Below are positions 24,898-35,473 of a DNA stretch of 64,000 nt, piece after piece; within the stretch, counting starts at the first letter, position 1; every line of letters begins with the position of its first letter. A model generated the notes under the pieces. That model was not told where the DNA came from, ran no database searches, and was given only the letters and a program-made list of their open reading frames with translations. Made by a program: the position numbers and the translations under genes. The stretch lies in the NCBI GenBank assembly GCA_016618085.1, contig JABLTG010000015.1, forward strand, positions 124,001 to 188,000, given 5' to 3'. The stretch comes from Neovahlkampfia damariscottae. Lineage: Eukaryota.

Positions 24898-26700
24898 TTA
24901 TTCAAATTTTTTTCTTTTGAACTTTATTTCTTCTTTATTTCTTCTCAATTTTGTCACAATTTTCATAACATCTTTGATTGTGTAAAACTGTTTGATAAAT
25001 TTCAAAGCGACTTTTTTCATTTTTTTGGATTCATCTGTTTTAAAATCTGATATGAATTCATATATACTGAAGCAATTCGTTTTATCAATAACACAATGCA
25101 TACAACTCCATAATTTATTTTCAAATCCTTCAGACAAGAAGAACTGTGAAAGATCAATAAAATGAACAATCTCTTTAAAATCTTTTGGTATGACTTCTTC
25201 AAGATAAAAATATTTCATCAACGTACCAATGTCATGTTTCGAAAAATCATTCAAATTCACAGATGTACTTTTTGAATCTTGAAATTCACCATCAAATAAT
25301 AACTTGAAATAATCTGATTTGAAATATAATATTGCCTTATGAACATAAAATTTAAATTTTCCTCCTTCACAAATGATTTCAAAATCATGGAAGGATTTTG
25401 AATATTCAATAAGATTGAAAAGAGAGATGTGATTGTTTTCCTTGATTTCATTAATTGTAATACCGAAATTTCTTTTGATTCTGTCATTATTTAATACATC
25501 TGGATCCATTTTTGTGCTTCCTTTATACATCCATTCAATAATGAATTTCATTTCATATGTACTTATGTCAAGTTCAATGAAATCTTTGTTCAAGTCCAAT
25601 AGTGTAAATTCGTGTAGTATGAACTTATGAAGCTTGTAATTCTTCTTTTCAACCTGAATGATGATGTCAGAGTATTTTTTAGATGCTAATAATGGTTCAA
25701 ATTTACTTGGAGTTTTTGGGGAGAAAGTGATCCTAAAGTGTGAAATATTATTGTACTCATTGGAAGAATTGATCATGTACATATTTTCACCATCAAAATA
25801 AACAAAATCTGGATGGATTCTAATTGGTAAATAATGTACTTCATGTTTTTCATCTTTAAAATCAAATACATGAACTTCATTTGATTTCAATCCGAGATAA
25901 TGATTTAAAAAACCACCACCAACATAAAGTACATCATTTTCCAGATAATATGCTCCAAATATGATTTTCTCAAGTATGAAAAGCATTGAATTAAAGTAAC
26001 TTTCTGAGTTGTTCACTTGCATCATGTGGAATCTTGTAAATGTTTTCAAGTTTATAATATCAGGTAAGATCAGATTATCCACCATAGAAATGATATTTTG
26101 AACATCATACTTCACATTATGATCAAATTGAATTGCAATTTCCAATTTTTTTGTTTTAAGATGGTAAACCAAAACTGAATTCAAATCGGAAGCTAATATC
26201 CATATTTTATCATTTTGACATGTTAAAAACTCTCCACCAGGTGGTAAAATTCCTGAATTTTCTTTGATTTCTATTTCAACTTCTCCTGTTTGAATATCAA
26301 TTGAAAAGAGGGAAGAATCAAACATGTAATATAAAGTTTCTTTGTAAAAGAATAAACCTTTCTTTTCAAAATTTATGTTGAAATTTGATGTTAATTCTAC
26401 TGTTTGAGCAATAAAAAAACCAGCAAGATGAAGAATTGTCAAAGTTGATATCTTGTCTCTATTTGTGGTTATAGTGTACAAGAAACCGTTCATGAACATC
26501 GTACATGTTTTTGATATTTGTAAATAATCTATGTGCAGCTCTTCTAAGGATAAATTTTGCTTTTGTTCAATAAATTGTTTGTCGTTCACTTGGTTGAGAA
26601 GTTGAATGAGCTCTGATTCAGTCTTTTCTTCAGTTGGAATCCCGTAATAGTTACAATACTTTTTGATGTGCAAAATTCCCAACAATTCCCAGTTTACCAT
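24898..26700 (-). CDS. Beta-propeller-like N-terminus plus two BTB/POZ domains
   Basis: YSDIII...YKLHKFIL and HDFEII...FYVHKAILYFKSDYFKLLF BTB signatures. Confidence 0.8.
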   Translation of the reverse strand: MVNWELLGILHIKKYCNYYGIPTEEKTESELIQLLNQVNDKQFIEQKQNLSLEELHIDYLQISKTCTMFMNGFLYTITTNRDKISTLTILHLAGFFIAQTVELTSNFNINFEKKGLFFYKETLYYMFDSSLFSIDIQTGEVEIEIKENSGILPPGGEFLTCQNDKIWILASDLNSVLVYHLKTKKLEIAIQFDHNVKYDVQNIISMVDNLILPDIINLKTFTRFHMMQVNNSESYFNSMLFILEKIIFGAYYLENDVLYVGGGFLNHYLGLKSNEVHVFDFKDEKHEVHYLPIRIHPDFVYFDGENMYMINSSNEYNNISHFRITFSPKTPSKFEPLLASKKYSDIIIQVEKKNYKLHKFILHEFTLLDLNKDFIELDISTYEMKFIIEWMYKGSTKMDPDVLNNDRIKRNFGITINEIKENNHISLFNLIEYSKSFHDFEIICEGGKFKFYVHKAILYFKSDYFKLLFDGEFQDSKSTSVNLNDFSKHDIGTLMKYFYLEEVIPKDFKEIVHFIDLSQFFLSEGFENKLWSCMHCVIDKTNCFSIYEFISDFKTDESKKMKKVALKFIKQFYTIKDVMKIVTKLRRNKEEIKFKRKKFE

Positions 26701-26977
26701 GATTTGGATTGATGCAAATTTTTTTGAATCTTGCAATATTATTGGTTCGTTTTTCCTGTGGTTGAAGGAAAGAATTTTGACAATTAATTTATTGTTCCTG
26801 TAATAAACATTTGAAATTTGTCTCCAAGATTTTTAATCAGCTGAATAATCAAGAAAAAGAGTGATGAATTTCAACTTCTGAATTGTGCAATATTTTCACC
26901 AAAAAAAGTGATTTTTTTTTGGATCAAACCTCTATAAAAGGATTTGTTTTCTTCAAACAATTCGAAACTTCGACAAC

Positions 26978-27865
26978 ATGAAGCACACAACAATTTCAAT
27001 TGTATTTTTTTGTTTCTTTTTATCAACAATACTTGCCAGAAGAGCACAACCTAAAGACTACTGTATGTGTCCAAAGGTATATTCACCAGTTTGTGGGGTT
27101 GATGGCGTGACTTATGGCAACACTTGCGAAGCAAAATGTACCAATGCTGAACTCGACTACAAAGGAGCTTGTAAAGAAGTAAAACCATGTGTATGTCCAA
27201 AAAATTACGATCCTGTTTGTGGAGTTGATGGAAAAACTTATGGAAATTCTTGTGAAGCAAAATGTGCAGATGTTCAAGTAGATGGAGCTGGACCATGCCC
27301 AGAAATAAAACCAAAACCAAAAATATGTGCATGCCCTAGAAGTTGGATACCTGTTTGTGGCAGTGATGGAAAAACCTATGGAAATTCAAAATGTGCTGCT
27401 TGTGCAAATGCTAAAGTAGTTCATGAAGGAAAATGTACAGAAAAAAAAGGTTGCCTTTGTCCTTTATTATACGCTCCTGTATGTGGAAAAGATGGAAAAA
27501 CATATTCAAATGAATGCATGGCTTCTTGTGAAAAAATTGAAATCGCCTTTGATGGAGATTGTGAACAAGCAAAAAAACCAAAAAAACTCTCAAGAATTGA
27601 AAGAATATTCAAAATGGTTGACGCGAATAATGATGGAGCAATTGTCATGAAAGAGTTAAAAGATTATCTCAAAATGAACAAAATGAATAGAATTCCAAAA
27701 TTTGGTAGAAAATCAATTCCAGAACCAATCAAAAAAAGTTGTGTTTGTAATGAAATTTATTCACCAGTTTGCGGTGAAAATTTAAAGACTTATTCCAATG
27801 AATGTGAACTTGAATGTGATGATGTTGGAATTCTCCACAGAGGTCAATGCCAACAAATTGAATAA
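26978..27865 (+). CDS. Secreted multi-Kazal protease inhibitor (5 Kazal domains) with one EF-hand
   Basis: Signal peptide; five C.CP..Y.PVCG.DG.TY.N.C-type units; DANNDGAIVMKE EF loop. Confidence 0.92.
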   Translation: MKHTTISIVFFCFFLSTILARRAQPKDYCMCPKVYSPVCGVDGVTYGNTCEAKCTNAELDYKGACKEVKPCVCPKNYDPVCGVDGKTYGNSCEAKCADVQVDGAGPCPEIKPKPKICACPRSWIPVCGSDGKTYGNSKCAACANAKVVHEGKCTEKKGCLCPLLYAPVCGKDGKTYSNECMASCEKIEIAFDGDCEQAKKPKKLSRIERIFKMVDANNDGAIVMKELKDYLKMNKMNRIPKFGRKSIPEPIKKSCVCNEIYSPVCGENLKTYSNECELECDDVGILHRGQCQQIE

Positions 27866-27924
27866 ATCTTCCTAATTTGGAGTTTTTTTTTTAACCAACC
27901 AAAATATTTTGAATTCAAACAAAA

Positions 27925-29134
27925 ATGGACAAAGAAAAAATTGTTAAATACGCAGTTGTAGGTTTAGGAGCTCTTGTAGGGATCGGATTTCTCTATAAAT
28001 ATTTCAGTACACCAAAAAAAACAGAAGAAAAAAAAGAAGAAAAAAAAGAAGAAAAAAAAGAAGAAAATGTGGAAAGAAAACAAGAAGAAAAGTTTGTTCC
28101 AGCACCTCAAGCATATGAAAAGAAAGAACTTCCTTCAAACCAAGTTGAAAACAAAATTTTTTTCAAAAGTTTTTCGGTGTCAATCAACCCGTTAACATCT
28201 ATTTTTGAAAATTTAAAAATTGATGATTTAACACAAGAAATAAGTCCAAGAGTAGCTCTTTATGTAAAGGCAGACCAAAATATTGAAGAATGTATCAATG
28301 TAAGAGTTATTTTATTTTCATTATTGTTTCAACACTTAGTACCTCGCAGAACATAAAATTCTTTCAGCAGCTGTAGTTGATGGTAAAACAGTCGTCGGAA
28401 TTATTGATGTTTTTGATATCATTTCACACCTTATTTCAGTAATGCCTGAAAAAAAGGATTTAAATGATACAGACGAATTAGAAAGAAGTTTTCGTGCAGT
28501 CAACTTGAAAAAAATCACAGAAATAATGAATAAATCAGGAAGAAACCCATATGAACCTATGTATCAATATTCACCTGCTCTTCAACTTGTTGGAATGTTT
28601 TCAGATGGATTACATCGTGTTCCTGTTTTAGATGACAAAGATAACTTGATAGTCACCATTTCACAAAGTACTTTCATAAAATACTTATCTGATCAAATGA
28701 AATCCAAAAGTTTTGTCAAAGAATTCGGAAAGAAAACAATCAAAGAACTTTATTTAGGACAAGTTGAAGTGAAATCATTAAGATCATCAGAATCAGTAAT
28801 CAAAGCATTTAAAATCATGAACAAATATGGGTATTCTGCTATTCCAATTGTTGGAAATGATGATCAAATTATTGGTAATTTCAGCAATTCAGATGTGAAA
28901 GGATTTTGTCAAGAAACAATTCCTTCATTCAATCAACAAATCCAATACTATTTGGAAAAACAAGCAACCAATGCACTAAATCCAATTACTTGTAAACTTG
29001 ATGATTCATTAGAATCAGTGATCGAAAAAATGGCTGCTGGTCCTCATAGAATTTGGATCACTGATGATAAAAACCGTCCTCATAGTGTTGTTTCAATGAC
29101 TGATATTTTTAAACTCATGAGAGATTATCAATAA
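27925..29134 (+). CDS. N-terminal membrane anchor + four CBS domains (AMPK-gamma/Sds23-like)
   Basis: LHRVPVLD, YSAIPIV, GNFSNSDV, HRIWI and VSMTDI motifs; intron near 28300-28339. Confidence 0.8.
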
Positions 29135-29179
29135 AAAAGTTAGTTCAAAAAAGTTTATTCTTCAAATTTCAAATGAAAA

Positions 29180-30644
29180 TCAAAAAATTTCACTTCTGTT
29201 AAAAGACCAAAATGTTCCTTCAACAATCTCTTTTTGAATATTTTGATTCAACAAACAACTTAATTTATTTTTGTCAGGATTGTTCATGTTCTCTTTTGAA
29301 AATTGAAGAATTTCCAAGTTTGATTCTTCAATAACTTTCAACAGACAAAGAAAATCTTTTTCTGTGCAAAATTCTTGATATTCGTTAAAATCTAATTTTA
29401 ATTTTATGATGGTCTTATTTGATTGAATCATTCGAAAACAATGTAAATGATGATGACGTTCCAAACCAATGAGAGTAATTTCCTCCAATGATTCATTCTT
29501 TCCCAAACTATCAATATTTGAAAGTCTCCAATGTGATAAAAAAGGCATACTGACTTCAATTATTTTCAATTTAGTTGATTTCTTCAAAAAATCTGAAAAA
29601 ACAACAAAATTGAAATTTGAATTTGTCAATGATAAATGTTCAATTAATGGATGAGAATTGATAGAATTGAGAAAATATTTAAATATTTTATCATCTTTAC
29701 ATACTGATCGATTAAATCCAATGTGTTTAAGTGATTGATTTTTTATTAACCCTTTCGCAATAGCTTCAAAAATCTCGCTGTCACAATCATTTGGAAGAAT
29801 CAATGATTCTAATTTTCTTGTAGTTTCTAACAGCAATTCAATAGAAATAGAATAGAAATATACTTCTTCTCCTCCTATATTTGAATTTTCAAAAGATAGT
29901 TTTTTGATTGATTCATTTTTCACACAATCTCGAAATATAGTTTTGAAATTCAAATATGAAAGCTCTATATTTTGAATACTAATGGATTCAATATGATGTT
30001 TATGTTCCATGAAATATAATAACCCTTTGGTACAATTTTCTGGTGCAAAATTAATCTCTTTGAGATTGATGAGTTTTGAGGTGTATTTTTTGAACATATC
30101 CAAATCATCTAAAAATAAATCAAAGTTTACATTCAATATTTCAACTTTTGACATATCTTTATACTCTATTGATTTTTTCAAAAAATTTCCAGGGTACATC
30201 CCATTGATGGTAACAGTTTTCAATTTTTTGTTGTTGTGAATACAATCAAGCCAATATGAATCTGTATCATCACACACTAAAAATAAACAAAAAAAAATAT
30301 TATAATTACAAAAAAACTCGATATCTTCATAAAAGCTGTATTTAGTCAACTCTTTCACAAATTTTTTCAAACATGAATATTCTTGAAAATTTGAGGCTAT
30401 GATACGATTCACTTTATAATTTAGATTGTCAAAATCAATTTTCACTTCATGAGAATTGTCTAAAATAAGTTCAGTTTTGATTTTTTTTTGCCTTTGTCTG
30501 GTTCAGCTATTTTTGTTTGTAAGCCTTCAAAAATAGTATTGAAATTTTGTTCTTTTAGTTCTGGTGAGACTTGAGTCAGAGTTAATAATTTTTTTTACTT
30601 CACTTTTAAGAGTTGGTCACACCAAGTTGTGCTGAAAATTCCAT
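29180..30644 (-). CDS. RNI-like leucine-rich-repeat protein; 5' exons uncertain
   Basis: Repeated N.SL..L.L units; 5' end needs a GC-AG intron (30460-30491) and a 53-nt intron. Confidence 0.65.
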
Positions 30645-30790
30645 TCTATTTGATTGGTATTTTTTTTGGTTGTGGCACTATATATACAGACAACCATATC
30701 ATTCAACAAATAACTGAATTCCTCTGAGAACATGATTTTGGAAATAGTTTAATAATTTCATTCAAATTCGGTTATCAATTTGATTGGTTA

Positions 30791-32851
30791 ATGAGAATGA
30801 GACGTTTTGCGGCACAAAACCAACAGCGAGCATCAGGTCCAAATCTTAAAAGGTTATTTGTATTAACATTATTCATTGGAGCATTCGTTTCAGGACTTGT
30901 TCTATTTTACATGTCCATAAGTTCAAATAAAATGAACAAAGAATCTTATGGAGTTACAGAGCAAGAAATTCCAAAATACCAAACAAAACCATCAAAAAAA
31001 CTTGAAAAACAAAAAAATACATTGGAGGAAGAAAAGAAAAAACTTGAAAAAGTCAAACAAGAAAAAAAATGGTTGAAGGAACAATTACAAAAAAGAAAAC
31101 AAGAAGAAGAAAGAAAAAAGGCAGAATCAGCAAAAGCAGAAAAATTAAAAGAACAAAAGAGAAAACAAGAAGCTGCTGAAGCTAAAAAAAAAGCTGAACA
31201 AAAAATTTTGAATGAAAAAAAAAAGAGATTAGAAGAAGAAAAGAAAAGACTTGCTCAACAAAAAAAATTGAAACAAGAACAAGAAGCTAAAAGAAAAGCA
31301 GAAGAAGAAAAAAAAAAAATGGAAAATGAAAGAAAAAAGAAAGAAAATGAAAAGAAAAAAACTCCGGAGAAGAAACCAGAACCAAAACAAAAATCAAAAG
31401 GTAAAGAAGTGACTATTGTACCAGAAAAAGAAAAAGAAAAAGAAAAAAAAGTCAAAGTTGAAAAAACAAAGAAAGTTGAAGTGAAACCAAAAATTTCACC
31501 AAAAAATGAAAACACAAAGAAACCAGAACAAAAGAAAGAAAAACCAAAAACTGAAACTAATTCATCAAAAACTCAAAAACCAAAAGAAGATGATGAAGAC
31601 GAGGAAGATGAAGATGATGAAGAAGAAAAAAAAACAACAAAAAAAGTTACCCCAACAAAAGCAGCACCAACAAAACCAAAGAAAAAAATTCACTTGAATC
31701 CAGAAAATTCTGTATTAAAAGGATTGAGAATTTTATATTACTTCATCAAAGAATCAGAAGATGATTTTCTTGAAAAATTCCCGGAATCATTGGAATGTTT
31801 CTATAGAATGATTATGGTCAAATCACAGAATCCAAAAATAGGAGAACGTGCATCAAAATATTTGAAAAAATTATTGACAGCCCACCAATCAACTTACATT
31901 ACCGAGTTAAAAGGTTCAATTTCAGAACATTATACAAACATTCCAAAAACAAAAAAAGAATTCAAATCATTTATCAAATTCATTCAATTTTCTGATTTCT
32001 TATATTACATGAAAGTACTCAATATCAAAGATGATGTGATTCAATCATCCATGAATAGATTATTCAAAACAGTTGCTGGATTTAAGAATTCAACAGAAAT
32101 TATTAAAAAAGAAGTTTTTGGATTCAATATTAATTCCATTAATCAACTTGATGAATTGGCTGATAATTTAAGAAAATTACCGAGAAATGAAAATGGTGTC
32201 ATTGTTAAAGATGAAAATTCACAAAAATTTCTTCAAATGGAAGATCATTTAGAAACAATTTTCAACAAAATATCAATATCAGCACAAGTACATTATTATT
32301 TAACTAGATCAGGTCAATCATTACCTGGTGTAAAAATTAGTGATTTTTTTGATATCTTCAAAACACTCAGGAAATTTTATTATTTGATTCCTGAATCTGT
32401 TGATACAAAAAATCAAGTGAAGGAAGAAAATTTGAAAAAATTAATCATGAAGATTCAATTTGATACTTACAAATCATTGGTTGATTCAGTTGTCACCTTC
32501 ATTCGTTTGAAATCAGATTTAGGTCTTTTTAAAATTAAATCAACACAAGATGTATATTTTTTGAAAGAAGCAATCAGACATGGTATATTTCATAGAGAAC
32601 CTTCCACTGTTGGTTCTGCAGTTGATGCTTTATTAATTTTAGGTGAAGATCAAAACTCCAAAATAATTAATGAAGCTAAAGAATATTTAATGAAATCACA
32701 AGATGCAGATGGTCATTGGGATGAAGAAATGGCATTCAAAGGATTATGTAATTCTATGACAGGTTTAATTAAACATGATTCAACAAAATCTGTTGATCAA
32801 TTCGTCTCAAATAATCAATGGGAAGATGCTGTTAAAAAAATAAAATTTTAA
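30791..32851 (+). CDS. Type II membrane protein with charged coiled-coil stalk and C-terminal helical domain carrying a QW/PFTB-like repeat
   Basis: One N-terminal TM helix; K/E-rich stalk; AKEYLMKSQDADGHW. Confidence 0.65.
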   Translation: MRMRRFAAQNQQRASGPNLKRLFVLTLFIGAFVSGLVLFYMSISSNKMNKESYGVTEQEIPKYQTKPSKKLEKQKNTLEEEKKKLEKVKQEKKWLKEQLQKRKQEEERKKAESAKAEKLKEQKRKQEAAEAKKKAEQKILNEKKKRLEEEKKRLAQQKKLKQEQEAKRKAEEEKKKMENERKKKENEKKKTPEKKPEPKQKSKGKEVTIVPEKEKEKEKKVKVEKTKKVEVKPKISPKNENTKKPEQKKEKPKTETNSSKTQKPKEDDEDEEDEDDEEEKKTTKKVTPTKAAPTKPKKKIHLNPENSVLKGLRILYYFIKESEDDFLEKFPESLECFYRMIMVKSQNPKIGERASKYLKKLLTAHQSTYITELKGSISEHYTNIPKTKKEFKSFIKFIQFSDFLYYMKVLNIKDDVIQSSMNRLFKTVAGFKNSTEIIKKEVFGFNINSINQLDELADNLRKLPRNENGVIVKDENSQKFLQMEDHLETIFNKISISAQVHYYLTRSGQSLPGVKISDFFDIFKTLRKFYYLIPESVDTKNQVKEENLKKLIMKIQFDTYKSLVDSVVTFIRLKSDLGLFKIKSTQDVYFLKEAIRHGIFHREPSTVGSAVDALLILGEDQNSKIINEAKEYLMKSQDADGHWDEEMAFKGLCNSMTGLIKHDSTKSVDQFVSNNQWEDAVKKIKF

Positions 32852-33716
32852 AACATATCAATTTTTAAATTGGATCCATACTTAATTTTGTTAATTTCTA
32901 GTCTACAATCTGCATCTAAATCATTTTCACCAAGGTTCAAATTTTTCAGATTTGGATTTCTTTCAAGACATGTCAATGTGATGTAAATGGCTGTTTCACT
33001 GGAAATTGAGTTTTCCCATAAATCAAGTTTTTGTAAATTTCTGTTCATTGAGATACCTACCATTAATATTTTAGCTTCTTCTATTCCAATTTTGTGTCTA
33101 GTGAGATGAATAACATCAAGATCATTTAAACAAGTTGCAAGATAACTCCAACTTTGAATGGTTAATTATTTTATTTCAAAAGTTACCCAATAGCTCCTAC
33201 ATATTTAATTGATTCATTATTTCCACTAATTTTCAATTTTTGACATAAATTTGGTTGTTTGAAAATTTCTGAAAAAACATAAGCTGAAGGATCATCAAAA
33301 AGCTGAAAAAAAATCAAAAAAAATGAATAAAACAAACTTCAACATGAAGAAAATCATCTTTTGCTTGTATTACTTTGATATAATTAAATTCTAAATCTTT
33401 TTTTAATTCTTGTACTGTTAAGAATGGAGAGTTGAATGTAGGAGCAGTAGCAGAAGATAAATCAACTGGAGAATCAACAATTTGCGGAGTATGTTGTTTT
33501 AGTTGTGTTGGATTCTAAAAAAATTAATTTTCTAAAACTTACTTTTGTTGTGGTTTGTGGATCAAGTTTGATTGTTGCAGGTTTTTCATATTTATAAACA
33601 TCTCCTGATGACAAAGCAATAGTTAATTCTGGTTCACACTTATGTTTCAAATATAGGACATTCAATCTTTCTTGTATTTCTTTGGTCAATTGATAAATTT
33701 CGTTGTCAATCTTCAT
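32848..33716 (-). CDS. Leucine-rich-repeat protein, 3 introns
   Basis: LQKLDLWENSI and LKNLNLGENDL; GT-AG introns give a continuous frame. Confidence 0.7.
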
Positions 33717-34026
33717 CTTCAGTCAACTTGTTTCTAAAAAGAGTTATCCAATCGTATCATTTTATCTTGTTTCCAAAAAGTGTCGAACAAAAAATTGATT
33801 GATTTTCAGCTTTTATGACTGATCTTCTGAGATTTGGAACTGAGAAACATTGGTGAAAAAGAAATAGAATAATTTTTAAAGAATACAAAAACGATTCACT
33901 TTTCAAGCAATACAACAAAATTATCATCTCAACAAAGAAAATTCAAAAGCAAAGACACACTCCATACCTACTTTTCGAAGTTTCCAATCCCATTGACCAA
34001 TCACAAGAAACTCGTTACACCAAAAA

Positions 34027-35360
34027 ATGGGTGGCTTGATGAGCACGTTCGTTTTTCAAGCTCCAAATCCGGCAACATATAAAGATCAAAAATTAGCAAA
34101 TATAATATGGATACCATGTAATCAAACCGAAATTCCATGTCTATTTCAAAAAGTAGAAGAGTAATTTCTCAATAAAAATAAAATTATTAATTTAATACAG
34201 TTCTGATGAATGTATTTTGATAAGTCATGGTACTTCAACTGATTTAGGTGAAATGTCAAAATTAACAAAAAGACTTTGCGAAAGATTAAAAGTTAACGTT
34301 CTGTCATATGAATACCTTGGTTATGGAGTTGATAAAAATAATAGAAAACCATCCACAAAACCATCCGAAAAAGGTGTTTATGATAGTATCGAGGCAGCTT
34401 TAAATTACTTAAAAAATCAATTGAACTTCAAAGAAGAGAAGATTATACTGTTTGATAAAAAATTATTAATTTTTTTTTTAGCTTTGGAAAAAGTTTAGGA
34501 ACAGCTCCTACAGTATATCTAGCATCAAAAGAAGAATCAAAATTTGCAGGTGTTATACTTCAAAGTCCTTTTCTTTCAATAGTTCGAACTGTAATTCCTA
34601 TTAAACAAACACTGTTTTTTGATATGTTTTTGAGTCAAGATAGAATTCATAAAATTGAATCACCTGTTTTTATCATTCATGGAAAAGCTGATGAAGTTGT
34701 TCCGTTTTATCATGGTCGTAAGATAATTGTAATATTTTTAACAATTTTATTCAGAAGTATTTTTTGTGTCTTGTTTGTATTAATTTTTTTTTTCAGGAAT
34801 TATTTAAAAAGTGTAAAAACCCACATACACCATTGTTTATTGATGGCGCTGGTCATTCAAATATCATGAAAAAATTAACAGTTGATCTATATTTTTATAA
34901 ATTGAATGAATTTTATGAAGCAGTGTCAAAAGGGGTAGATAAAACTGAAAAAAGAGAAGAAATAATTAAAGAAAATGAAAAAAAAGAGAAAAATGAAAAT
35001 GAGGAGAAAAACAGAAAAGATGTAGAAATTATCCAATTAGAATCAACAGCGGAGACAAGCCAACAGCAAAATATTGAATTACCAGATATTGATCTAAACC
35101 TGATAGAATCAAGTCTAAACAAACAAAATCATATTATTGAATTACCTGATGCAGAACTGATCGATATTGAAGAAGAAAATGATGAAATAGAGAATGTAGA
35201 AATCAAAGAAGAAATTAAAGTATCAGATAATGAAAGTGAAACAAAAAAATCACAAGACGTGGAAATCAAAATCATCGAAGAATCAGTAGTTGATCCAACA
35301 ACAACAACAACACCGCCTATAAATGAAAACCAAAGTTTATTGAAACAATCTGTTGACTAA
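34027..35360 (+). CDS. ABHD17: ABHD17-like alpha/beta hydrolase (putative depalmitoylase) with 2-nt micro-exon 34755-34756
   Basis: SHGTSTDLG, YEYLGYG, GKSLG nucleophile elbow, IHGKADEVV, GAGHSN. Confidence 0.85.
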
Positions 35361-35473
35361 TCTCAAAAAAATTATAAAAATTTTGATTTTCGTATTTTTA
35401 TGAACATCATTGTTTTTCAACCAATAAAAACCAAAACTTTATTCAAAAGAATTTGGAGTGAAAAGTTCGTCTT

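Noticed and set aside
28024..28065. Tandem GAAGAAAAAAAA repeats
   Set aside because: Coding low-complexity EEKK repeat; not a CRISPR array or mobile element.
30570..30622. Possible extra 4-nt micro-exon (TGAA) inside the 53-nt first intron of the LRR gene
   Set aside because: Including it breaks the frame and would need a 20-nt intron, shorter than any other seen.
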